Shown piece by piece: positions 52,420 through 63,345 of a stretch of 64,000 nucleotides of DNA (position 1 is its first letter; each line of letters opens with the position of its first letter). The DNA is from Hypomesus transpacificus (lineage: Eukaryota). Under the pieces are notes generated by a model. It was not told the origin of the DNA and did not search any database. It saw only the letters and a list, made by a program, of their open reading frames with translations. Position numbers and translations under genes: made by a program. Location of the stretch: assembly GCF_021917145.1 (NCBI RefSeq), contig NC_061076.1:13032768-13096767 (forward strand). Direction: 5' to 3'.

Positions 52420-52790
52420 CGTTGCTGAAAGTCTGGGAAAGTTTAGGCTACTTTTTGCTAGGTACCTACTTCATATTTTTATCTGCTAGACAAGTGGGTT
52501 TCCCCTTAGTTCTTTTGGTGAGCAGTCTCACAAACCTTACCAATGATGGTGCACTTTTTACACAGCCAAAGTCCATCCTCACCTTCTCCATCACCATCTG
52601 GTACGCTGCTGCCACTGCCAAGGACAAGAGCAGACTGCAGCGTATAATCCGCGCTGCTGAGAAGGTGATTGGCTGCAATCTGCCTACCCTCGAGGACCTG
52701 CACACCTCAAGGACCCTGAGACGAGTGCAGGCCGCAAACTTCAGGAGTTTGATGGACGGATGACTGGAGGTGCAGCTGTTTGGCATAAAC
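52420..52790 (+). mobile_element. LINE 3' fragment (separate copy of the 48900-51790 family)
   Basis: The fragment reads ...FSITIWYAAATAKDKSRLQRIIRAAEKVIGCNLPTLEDLHTSRTLRRVQA. This matches the ITAWYGNCTA...LQRVVR.AQ.ITG..LP.L.D.Y..RC region of the family. Confidence 0.7.
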
Positions 52791-54146
52791 TATTGTTGCA
52801 CAATGCTTTAGCGCTTTTGGAGAACATCGCCAATGGGACATTTAAGAGAGCGGGAGTTAAGGAATCGTGCAGATTTCTTGGCCCGCAATGATGACTGGTA
52901 AATTGTTATAGATACAAGAGGCATTGTTTTGGATCTCTGTATTGAGTGAGCTGGGCCCTGTGTTGGAATGCCCATCAAAAGTCAAGCAAAATGACTTTAA
53001 AAAGTTATCTTCAACTGGGACTTTTCAACAGGAGCTGGCAGACAGGTTGGGGATAAACCAATCCACCCTCAGTTGTGTGATGCCAGAGGTGTGGGATGAC
53101 ATGATCCGCCTGTCCCCATGTACATTAAATTCCTGTACACTGCGGTTGACCAGGCCAACATTAAAGTCGTAATTTGCTGCTGAATTTGCTGTTTCCCAAA
53201 TGTAATGAGTTCTATCGACTGCATATATGTTACGATAAGGGCACATTCTTTGTCAATCTAAAACATGTTTACTCCATCTATGTTCAGTAACTGATAGCCT
53301 GAGGCCTTAAAACAAGATGCTCCTCCGACTCTATTTAGCTGTTTAAGATCTCCATTTCATATTCAGTAAAGTTGATATTTTTCTCTTTTTTTTGTTGCTT
53401 TAGCCATTTCTCATTAAGAATCATTCATTCTTCACAATGGGTTAATTGAGATGTTTATTGATAAACCTGATCAAATATGGGCGTTTCAACAACCTTGTAA
53501 GGTAAAATATATCAGTTGAGAGGTTGTGGACAACAAGCTTGTTCACGTGCGCAAGTTATTTGGAATCTATGAAGACGAATGTGGGGTATCGGTCGCATAC
53601 GCAGTGTGCGTACAGTTTTCCAGTTTTTTCCATAGACATTTTTTTACGGATTAATTAACAATGACTTTGATACATTTGATCCCTGGTCTCAGGCATTATC
53701 GATCACATAGACAGCTTGTGACCAACAGAAACCCCCAAATGAACTCTTCACTGAAAAGATAACTCTCCTAATCTAAACACCTTTTCCACAATCTCCAAGT
53801 TAAAGGTCACATCTGTTCTAAACATTCTCTTGTCTTAACAGAGTCCTTTGTGTTCTCACTTACAACCCCCTCATTAGCTAACACCCTTTTCACAGAATTT
53901 GACATTTGACAAAGTTTAACATTAAAACTACAGGCATATATTAAATTGTTCCATCACACTTTGTATTAATAATCCCAAACATGCAGCAGACATTTATTTT
54001 GTATTTTGTTTGTCCTAAAGGAGTTATTATACTGATTTGATCTTCCAAATGTTTGCTACAGGGTATGCTCCACACACACAGTACAAACACACGCCTTACA
54101 CAAACATGAGGGATGAATGGGTGTGTTTGTGTGTGGTTTTCCCCAG

Positions 54147-54241
54147 GTGAGGAGTGGCAGGTGAGCAAGGTGGGAGCTTATCTACCTGGGGTTCATGAGG
54201 AGGTCCTGGACATTGTCAATGCTTTCATCCTCACTGACAAG
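54147..54241 (+). CDS. mvp: Major vault protein exon
   Basis: The acceptor is ttttccccag. The exon reads (G)[31 protein letters not shown], which matches human [32 protein letters not shown]. The donor is GTAATC at 54242. Confidence 0.9.
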
Positions 54242-54709
54242 GTAATCCATCTTTCTGCCCCTGTTGTGGCAGAATTACAACACGTGATATGGGCTCAAAT
54301 GATTTTAGGATTAAGATTATGTGTTATTCTTACCATAGATAAAATTAGCATTTAAAAGTTTTAATTTTGTGTAGGCCAGCTAGTCTGCCAAAACCAAATA
54401 TATTCATACTTATGATTCATTTGTGGCACAAAAATGCTTGGACTGGACGAGTGTTTAAATGAGCTGTTAATGGCTTGTCATCGTAAAATTATCACTGTTG
54501 TTCATTAAAACTTTTATGTATTTACCCTTTTTTCAACTTGATTAAAAATGTAGTTTAATAATTTAGACATTATTTAGTAAATTATTTTAAATGGTTCCTT
54601 ATTTATTACTGTAACGTTGGCCATTTCTAGTGCACTGGATATGGGATATTATTCAATATGATACTGAAAGTTAATAACCATCACACGCTCTCTTTTCCAT
54701 GCCTCTCAG

Positions 54710-54946
54710 AAAGCGCTGCATGTGCGTGCACTTCGCGCCTTCAGGGATGCGGTTGGTCGAGACCGACGCACAGGGGAGGAGTGGTTGGTGACCATGGCAG
54801 ACCGGGAGGCACACATTCCCTCTGTGGCTGAGGAGGTAGTAGGTGTGGTTGGCGTGACCACTCTGAGCAGTAGACAGTACTGTGTAATCCTTGACCCAGT
54901 CGGACCAGATGGCAAGCCCCAACTGGGGCAGAAGAGGGTTGTCAAG
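54710..54946 (+). CDS. mvp: Major vault protein exon
   Basis: The acceptor is gcctctcag. The exon reads [79 protein letters not shown], which matches human [79 protein letters not shown]. The donor is GTGAGA at 54947. Confidence 0.92.
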
Positions 54947-55066
54947 GTGAGACCTTGTGCCCCTCTTCTCAAGACAAGAAGGAACCAAACCGACTATAAA
55001 GACAGACATTTATTGTGCGACACCCATCTTCTCATCTTTTTTGCATTCTCTCTTCCTTTGTCTCAG

Positions 55067-55195
55067 GGTGAACGCTCCTTCTTCCTGCAGCCAGGGGAGC
55101 ATCTGGAGACAGGCATCCAGGACATCTATGTGCTCTCAGAGGAGGAGGGGCTGGTGTTAAGGGCTGTGGAGGCCTTCAATGACACTGAGAAGGTG
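55067..55195 (+). CDS. mvp: Major vault protein exon (3' boundary uncertain: donor after 55192 or about 55198)
   Basis: The acceptor is cctttgtctcag. The exon reads [44 protein letters not shown], which matches human [46 protein letters not shown]. The only GT near the expected boundary is GTGAAG at 55193. I did not find the downstream mvp exons in 55.3-64 kb. Confidence 0.75.
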
Positions 55196-57299
55196 AAGAG
55201 CGGAGGGGTCTTTTTTTGGTGTGTTGTTGGGTGGTGGTTCTCAACTGGTCTAACCTCAGGACCCACATTTGTCCTTGTTCATTAACCTGTTCTGGAGACT
55301 GTTAAATGTGCCTAAAAACGCCTAAACAGCATGCCCAAAGTAAATTGAAAGCTGTTCTTGAACCATTTGGAGTACATGCATGTAAATGGACTCTTTTGAA
55401 AGCTGACACTCTGAAGTTATGTTCCTTGTTGTCAGGACCCCTGTCAGTCCTACTGGTGTTGAGTAATAGAAGCTTGAACACAAGGAAAGTGAAAGTTTCT
55501 ATTTCCGCCTGGATTTTGTTTTGAAAACAGAGGCCTGAAGAGGCCTAGAGGTGGTAGGTATTAGCTGGAAGACAGAATTGGACCACAGGTTGAAGCCTTA
55601 CCCAATTCAGATCAAAAGTCAAACATAATACCACAATATATTCATATTTGACACATGTTTTTATTAGAGTACATCCAGGCGTTTTCTAAAAGGGCCATTT
55701 GGAGACTCCAGAATGACCATTCTAACCAAGGTCAAATTCTTAGGATAAAAAGGTATAATTGTTATCTCTAATGAAAGGTGGTCCTTAGAACTATCATATA
55801 TAACAGCTAAATCCCTCATTAGTATTACTGAAACACAAAAACTGAAGCATGAACACATTGGAGTGATTTATCTGATTCCCAGGATTGGCACACAAAGAAC
55901 ACTGACATATTGCGCAATCGACTTTTATTTTGAAGGCTCCACAAAACCTGGCATATGGGGTATCGCCATTTACAGCTAGCGCTAAGCTACAAGGATAATT
56001 AGCTCTTTTCAGAGGCAATCCAAGCCAGTTAGAAAAAATCGTGTAGAGGGGGCGGGGGGGGGGTGGGCGGGGGGCGGGCTGGACGCACAGACCTAGTTGG
56101 CTTTAGAGGACTGTCACCGGGGCATGGAAGCTCCTATTGGCTAAACCAAGGTGTCTATCAACAGGTCAGAGTGTAGCGGCCATTTTAAGATTATCCCCGT
56201 GTTTCTACTTGACCCAGATCTCATGCTATGAGCTAAAGTGCGTTGAGAGACAGAATTCTTTTTTTTTACAAAGTAACAATGAAGCAACAAGATCGTGGCT
56301 ATGTGTGGATATAATTCTTTGTTTGGACAACTACTCGACATGGTTTGATACTTAGGACCCTTGGGAATGTAAGCAGATGAGGTTTTGATGAGTTGTGTGC
56401 ATACCTGGACATTCCTAAGTAATCGAAGGTAAGTACAACTTTTTTCTCTGGCATTGTTGAATGAACGGTCACCGGACAAAGACGTTGACGCTACTTTCTG
56501 TTGCAAGTTGAGCTTGAATTGGTTTATTTTAATGGAAGCACAAGAATCGTAGCTTTCCAACGATGTATAACATGTGTACTAGTCGAAAAAAATTATTTAT
56601 GATTTTTAATGCGTAATAACTGGGGGAGGAGGGGGCAGTGTTTCGGGCCCACGGGCCCGAAACACTGCCCCTAAACAAACAGCGCTGCAGTTTTGATTGA
56701 TACTTTGACATTTGTGTTCTAGAATGCGAGCAGCATGGTGTGAGCCTACACACTTTTCAAAATAAAAGCACACCATTGGAATTTCGGTAATTTATAAAAA
56801 CAAAAGTTAGACTTTTTGACGGAGCCTCTCCACACCACCTTGCATGGTCGTAGGGAATGTACCATAGAGTCCAGTAGAGATAAGACTTAGAATGAAAGAG
56901 TATAAAAAATGCAAAAATGCTCTTCAACGTAGGTTGCAGCCCGTGGACATAGAGACAAAACACACACACAAGCATAGACACATTGAACTGACATGAGTCT
57001 GCATCGATGACAGACATAATGTGGATGGCTCACTCTCATGCAGTTCCCCAACTGAAGTGTGCCCTCCTTTTATAGACTCCACCCCTGATAAACCACACCT
57101 ACTGACTGAACTACAGTACTACACATAATTTAATATTTATGCGCAACTCTTGCTGCCATAAAAAAAACAGTAGGTACACAATAAATACTATTCACAAGTA
57201 ATAAATACTATTTACACTCGATTACAGTTTTGTAAACACCTCATGCCATAACAAAGCATACACAGATTAAAAAAAATTGTATCTGAAATTGTCAGTGAA

Positions 57300-58082
57300 C
57301 TTGGCCACCCTTAATAATAATACTAGTGCTGTCAGTTAAATGCGTTATTAACGGCGTTAATGTAAACCCAAATTAACGCCGTCAATTTTTTTTATCGCGC
57401 GATTAACGCTCTTTTTGACCTAGCAAACTTTTCAGTTTTTTTCACATTCTTTTGCAACAACCACTGACGTTAGAAAAACTAAAATACCACACCGGATCTA
57501 GCTAGACCGGAAACAAAACAACAGGCACGCCACACACTTGTTTGGGCTTGCGAGCCGGCTAAAGAGTTGTAGCAGAGCCCGTTTACGGATATTAGACATT
57601 CTCTGGTAGTAGGCTAACGTTACGTTTTAAGTTGATTGCCAGCGCCAGACGCCGAAATGATGCCAATAAGATTCTGAATGGAAAGTTTACTTTTAAAAGG
57701 TTGCCAAATGGTTCTATTGACAAGACCAAAGTGATCAGTGTGTTCTGTCGTTGTGAACTGAGCTATCATCGCAGCACGTCGTGGAGTCTAAAATACCATG
57801 TTGATGGCCAAGCACACAGCTGATGCGAATTCTCCGCCCGCTCGTCAAAGCCAGGCGATTGCAATGTTGTTTTCAACATTTCAATTTAAAAAAAAACATT
57901 TGCACAAAGCAATCCGAACCACTTTTCCATGTTGATAAGAGCATTAAAATTTTAAAAAAGAATGGATGAAAAAGAAATCAAGGGACATTTAGAATAGATA
58001 AAAATGTGCGATTAATCGCGAGTTAACTATGACATTAATGCGATTAATCGCGATAAAATATTTTAATCGTTTGACAGCTCTA
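57300..58082 (+). mobile_element. hAT-family non-autonomous element with a BED zinc-finger remnant (second copy)
   Basis: The element is collinear with 7676-8440. Its ORF at 57632-57823 reads NGKFTFKRLPNGSIDKTKVISVFCRCELSYHRSTSWSLKYHVDGQAHS. Its TIRs are AGTGCTGTCAGTTAAATGCG and CGTTTGACAGCTCT. Confidence 0.75.
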
Positions 58083-58099
58083 AATAATAAATTTTATTT

Positions 58100-59850
58100 T
58101 CCAAGGCGCCTTTCTCGGCACTCATGGACACCGTACAGAGGTACAAAAAAACATTAAAAGCAGCAGAAAAATTAGGAATCCAACAACATTAAAAACAACA
58201 TAAGGAAGCAGTGCAAATGACATTAAGTGGAATAAACAGTAGTAAAAAGATGTGTTTTGAGTTGTGATTTGAAATGGGGGAATGAATCGATATTTCTGAG
58301 TTGGGGTGGTAATGAGTTCCAGAGATGGGAAGCAGAGCGGCTGAATGCTCTACTCCCCATGGTGGGGAGACAGGTAGAGGGGACAGACAGGTGTATGGAG
58401 GAAGAGGATCTGAGGGAGCGGGAGGTAGTGGGACCCTGGAGGAGATCAGACAAATATGGGGGGGTGAGGTTGTGGATGGCCTTAAACAGGAGGATCTTGA
58501 ATTGTATGCGAAACGGGACCGGGAGCCAGTGGAGCTGTTGAAGGACAGGAGTCATGTGGTGGCTAAAGGGGTTGCGAGTTATAATGCGGGCAGCTGAATT
58601 CTGGACCAGTTGAAGTTTATGGAGAGATTTGTGAGCGAGGCCAAAAAGGAGGGAGTTGCAATAATCTAGACGGGCAGTGACACGACTGTGTACAAGAATG
58701 GCGGCAGTGTGGGGGGTAAGGGAGGGGTGGAGATGGTTGATATTTCTCAGATGAAAGTAGGCAGACCGGGTAATGTTATTGATGTGGGGTTGAAAGGATA
58801 GTGTGCTGTCAAGGATGACACCCAGACTCTTAACCTTGGGGGATGGTGAAACGGAGGAGTTCTCAATATAAGAGAAAAACTGTCGGTTTTGGATAAAGTG
58901 GATTTTGTGCCAATGAGGAGAACCTCGGTTTTATTACTGTTTAATTTGAGGAAGTTTTGGGTTAACCAGATTCTTATTTCAGTGATGCAATCAGTAAGGG
59001 AGGTGGGCGGGAAAGTGGATGAGGGTTTAGTAGAAAGGTAGAGCTGGGTGTCATCAGCATAACAGTAAAAGTGAATGTTGAATTTGCGAAAGATATTGCC
59101 AAGGAGAAGGAGGTAAATGATGAAGAGTTGGGGCCCCAGGAGAGAAGTGACAGAGGAGGTAGTGGATTTAAAACACTTTAGTTGAATGAACTGAGTGCGG
59201 TCAGAGAGGTAAGATGTAATCCAGTCTAATGGAGTGTGGGTGATGCCGATCGAAGATAGTCAAGTCAAGTTGGCAAGTGGATGGCTTTGATTTCCGGATG
59301 AGTCCTGTGATATCTGAAAGAGCGTCACATCACCAGCATTTACGTTGCGTCTCGTTTTCGTCACTTGATAGAGGTTCGTTGACGACGATATTTAGTCATA
59401 ATTTTCGTTGACGAAAGCAACACTAGCTGGAAGGAGGAGAATGAGTCTGTAGATGGGTGGAAGTCTGTTGAGAAGCTGAGCTTAGGGGTTGATCCAAGGT
59501 ACTGGTGGATGTTATAGATTTTTTCATTGAAGAAGGACATGATGCAGAGTTGCAGAAGGAGGTTGTATACAGCTGAGGGGGAAGAATGTCCTGGGGTTGG
59601 GTGATATTGTTAAGTAAGGAGAACAGTGTCTTGGAGTTTCCATTATTGGCAGTGATTATACTTGAGTAGTAGTGGGTATTGGTGCTAGCAATGGAGTCCT
59701 TGTAACGTAAGATGTGGTTATTGTACATTTCTTTGTGAATAGTGGGACCAGTTTTCCTGTGAAGACGCTCAAGTTGTCGACCTTTGGTTTTCATGAGACA
59801 AAGATCGGGGGTAAACCAAGGGGGGGAGACGGAAAAGGAAACAGGGCAAG
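58100..59850 (-). mobile_element. Degraded L2-like LINE (a different family from the 724-aa copy)
   Basis: The minus-strand ORFs read [32 protein letters not shown]...[37 protein letters not shown] and ...KTLFSLLNNIT.... Multiple stops and frameshifts interrupt the RT region. Confidence 0.7.
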
Positions 59851-60619
59851 GGAATTAAAAATATTCTGTCCTGTGTTGTAGTGAGAGACCAGTTCATCGA
59901 GGGTGAGGGATAGATTGTCAGTGTCAGGGAGACAGGAGGAGTGGATACTTGAAGTAAGAGTGGCGGAGATGATGTTTTAGTGATGGATATAGTCTAGGTA
60001 ACCCGGAAATGCACGATCGCTCTTTACCTGACAATATTTGTTGGTAAGTTCAACTTCACAGAAACACTGCAGTACTTAAAATCGCTAACTTCACACTCAG
60101 AGGCGTCCTCCTACGCTTAATAAATCAACTGATGATAGATGTGTTGTGAGTTTGGTGGTGTGTTTAAAATTGAGACAATGCAAAGTTAACAGCCATTTCC
60201 CTGTTAACAGCCATTTCCCTGTGACGAAGCAGGTGGAAACTGCTCCTTCCACTCAACTTCGTCACATGGTGGTGGTGTACATTTTTTCACTCAGTGTGAG
60301 GGAAGGGGTGAGGATAGAGAGGTAGAGGAGGAGGAGGGGATACGGGGCAGAATGAATGCATAGTAAGGAAGGAAAGAAACTCAAATGTTACAACTTACAC
60401 TTTTGTTTGGTATGGCCGGTTTTACTGGAACTATTAGAGAATGACATGTATACTCTCTATCAGTGATTCTCAAATGGGGGTACGCGTGCCCCTTAGGGCA
60501 GGGGTGTCAAACTTTTTTCACAGAGGACCACATCAGCATTATGGTTGCCCTCAAAGGGCCAGTTGTAACTCTGATGTAACAATGTTTTTGATGTAAAAAC
60601 ATCATTTTTTGCTGTAGCT

Positions 60620-61060
60620 TTTGTTAACATATTCTGCTGCGATTGCAGTCCGCCTTTTAATTCTTAGACAGAGATCTGCTGTTTTTCTTGGGACCATTCG
60701 GTCCGTTGTGGCAACACTGCCGAATATCTATAAACTAAAGCCGGAGCAAGAACAAGTTTTGCTGAGTTTTGTTGGTGGCCATGATGTTGTGGCCCTCCTC
60801 CCCACGGGGTTCGGGAACAGTTTGATTTTCCAGCTACGGCAGGTAGCTCTGTTACAGCAGTGGTGAAGGAATTGGTTAAGGTGAACGCTAGCGATTGGTT
60901 ATGGCAGATCAGAGTGGCTCTGGGCAAATCCAATAGTTTTAAACTAGTACCACCCGCCTACAAGGAAGTTAACGCTTGTCAATGGAGCAAGGCCAGACTC
61001 TCTGTACAAATGAAATGTACGAGAGTCTGGTTAGGACCAGGCTAATCCAGGGCCAGGCCC
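60620..61060 (+). repeat. Interspersed repeat carrying a RecQ-like helicase motif-I fragment (copy B, plus orientation)
   Basis: The ORF reads ...ATLPNIYKLKPEQEQVLLSFVGGHDVVALLPTGFGNSLIFQL, then ...YKEVNACQWSKARLSVQMKCTRVWLGPG. It is the inverse complement of 5090-5610. Confidence 0.6.
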
Positions 61061-61989
61061 GCCCATAGAAATTGCTGGTCCCCTGAAAAGTCCAGTGAAT
61101 GGGCCCACCCCAAATAGGGCTTTACTTATATTAACGCATGTGCGTGTGTGCTCTCTCTCTCCTACATAAAACATTATGTTAACCGAGAGAGAGTTACTCA
61201 GTGAAAAAAAAAAAAAAAAAATCTGTAGATTTTTTTTCACATAATCTGCGGAATTCCGCTAGCCTTCCTGTTCTTATGTCGGAGCGACCTAAAATGTACC
61301 ACAACAGTTTGACGCCGAATATTGTCGATTGAGTGTTGACTGACTTTGCAAAAAAAGTATTGATCTATCCTCACAAAGATCGCCTGAAAACTCCCTGGCC
61401 TTGTCAATTGCCGTAATTTTGGAAGTGGTGTATAAAGTACCCAAAATCCATACTTGAGTAAAAGTAAAGATACCTTACTGGAAAATGAATCAAGTTAAAG
61501 TAAAAGTAACCTTTTAGAATTCTACTTGAGTAAAAGTCTTAAAGTATCTGATCTTTACTGTACTTAAGTATCAAAAGTAATTTTCTGATATAAAATGTAC
61601 TTAAGTATTGAAAGTAAAAGTACAAGTAAATGCTGTTAAATAAAAAAGCAAAGGGTCAGAATTTTGAGAATTATGACGTTTATTCCAACTAGAATGAGCA
61701 TACCTATAAACTGGGCCTTATTTGAACACAATTTTAACACAATAGGCAATACTAAAGCCGTGAAAGTAAGAACCCAGTCATTACTTAAAACTGTTTTGTT
61801 TTTTTTCTTCAAAAGAAGGTATGCATAAGGCACAACCTGAAAGCAATAACCTGGCGATCTGATACTAACTACTTACTAACCGAGAGTGAGGTCATGCCGG
61901 TAAATATCAAACTGAGGCTGGAACGTATCGACCGACCGAGCGATAGCCGTTAACGCAGGTTTTTCTTTTTACCCTGGGAGAATCGCCTG

Positions 61990-62708
61990 TCGTCCGTCAC
62001 ATGACTTCGACTGCCGACGGTAGCTGAATGATGGAGAGAGGGCTTTTAGATGGGAAGTTCCATTTCAAGAAGTTGCGAGACGGCTCGGTTGACAAAACTA
62101 ATGCTGTGTGTACTGATTGTCAGGCTGAGTTTCGTTATCACCAGAGTACTTCCAGCCTAAACTATCGCATGCAAGGAAAGCACACAGCTAGCAGCAGCAG
62201 CGTTAGCACTGTAGCAGTAGCATAGCAGCCTTCGCTCCTGTAACAAATGGCTGATAACACTCGCATAAGAAGCGAGCAGCTGACTGAGTTCAACAAAATA
62301 GAAACTGTCTTGTTCAATATTAAGGTCAATCTGTGGTTGCTTAAGTATCGGAAGTATGTTTGAGTGAAATTTGAAAATTATAGAGCAGGATATCGTAGTA
62401 GGCTATGAGACAACATGTCTTAAATGTATTGTATTTCAAATTTTGCAGATGTTTATTATAGCTACAGCAGTATAGTTTGTGAGTGAGTAAAACTCACAAT
62501 TTAAGTTCATCTGAACTTCTTATATGGACATTATCATCCAGTTAGGCCTATTTTAAGTTTTTAAATACACCCTTTTAATGTTTTGTTTTTTTAATCAGTT
62601 ATTGGGGTAACATTTTAGCAGATTCAATAGTTTGCGATTAATGGCGATTAATCATGTGAAATCAAGCGATTAATCGCAATTAAATATTTTAATCGCTTGA
62701 CAGCCCTA
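61990..62708 (+). mobile_element. hAT-type element remnant with a BED finger (third, divergent copy)
   Basis: The ORF at 62028-62225 reads GKFHFKKLRDGSVDKTNAVCTDCQAEFRYHQSTSSLNYRMQGKH. The 3' terminus at 62620-62708 is GCGATTAATCGCAATTAAATATTTTAATCGCTTGACAGCCCT. Confidence 0.6.
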
Positions 62709-62849
62709 TAAAAAATACATACTAAGTCATCCATTATTACTAAAGTTATACTACAATAAGTTTAATAAAATGTTTATGTAAACTACATTTTATATTAAAT
62801 GTTTCTATTTTAAATGTGATGGTAAACTACCTAAATCAGAGAAGAAGAA

Positions 62850-63345
62850 GAATTTGATTTATGATGAATCACGCCGAGCGGGAAGCCAGTTTCTTTACTG
62901 GAAACAAACAGACATTCAAATGAAATCCTGGTTTAAACGTAACAATACTACAGCGGAGAACAGGGAGGATGAAGAATAAAAGAAAGCCAAAATGGAGCCA
63001 ATAAAATACTGTTATTATCAGGAGGGGTATATTTCGATGGGATTCACAGTAACAAACAGCAATCCTCCCCAGGCATTGTGTTTTTTTTCTGTGGGGAGAA
63101 ACTAGCTAACAGCTTGATGAAACCAGCACACATCCAGAGACATCTCAGCACCAAACATCAGTGTTATGTTGGTAAGCCACCAGAATCTTTCAGGAGAAAA
63201 CTTGCTCAGTTTAGATCATCGCAGGAAACAATGCAAAAAGTATCCACAACATCAGCCAAAGCACTGCAGGCATCATATGCAGTGTTACTGCTCGTGGCTA
63301 AAGCAAAAAAGCATTGCTATATATATAATTTATTAGGGATGCACC
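62850..63345 (+). pseudogene. hAT-Charlie-type transposase N-terminal fragment
   Basis: The ORF at 63078-63377 reads FFCGEKLANSLMKPAHIQRHLSTKHQCYVGKPPESFRRKLAQFRSS...ALQASYAVLLLVAKAKK, typical of the Charlie/ZBED5-like transposase N-terminus. It is truncated at 63345, where a new TAGGGATGCACCGAAT terminus begins. A further BED-finger ORF (KSVVWQYFQSKEGDSSRATCSI...) follows at 63552+. Confidence 0.6.

Noticed and set aside
56090-56450. Candidate promoter and first exon (CCAAT-like cctattggct, donor GAAGGTAAGT at 56437)
   Set aside because: The surrounding sequence shares hAT-related repeat segments with 63750-63860 (ESYD...KLQQ peptide repeat). It is more likely part of a transposon than a genuine transcription start site.
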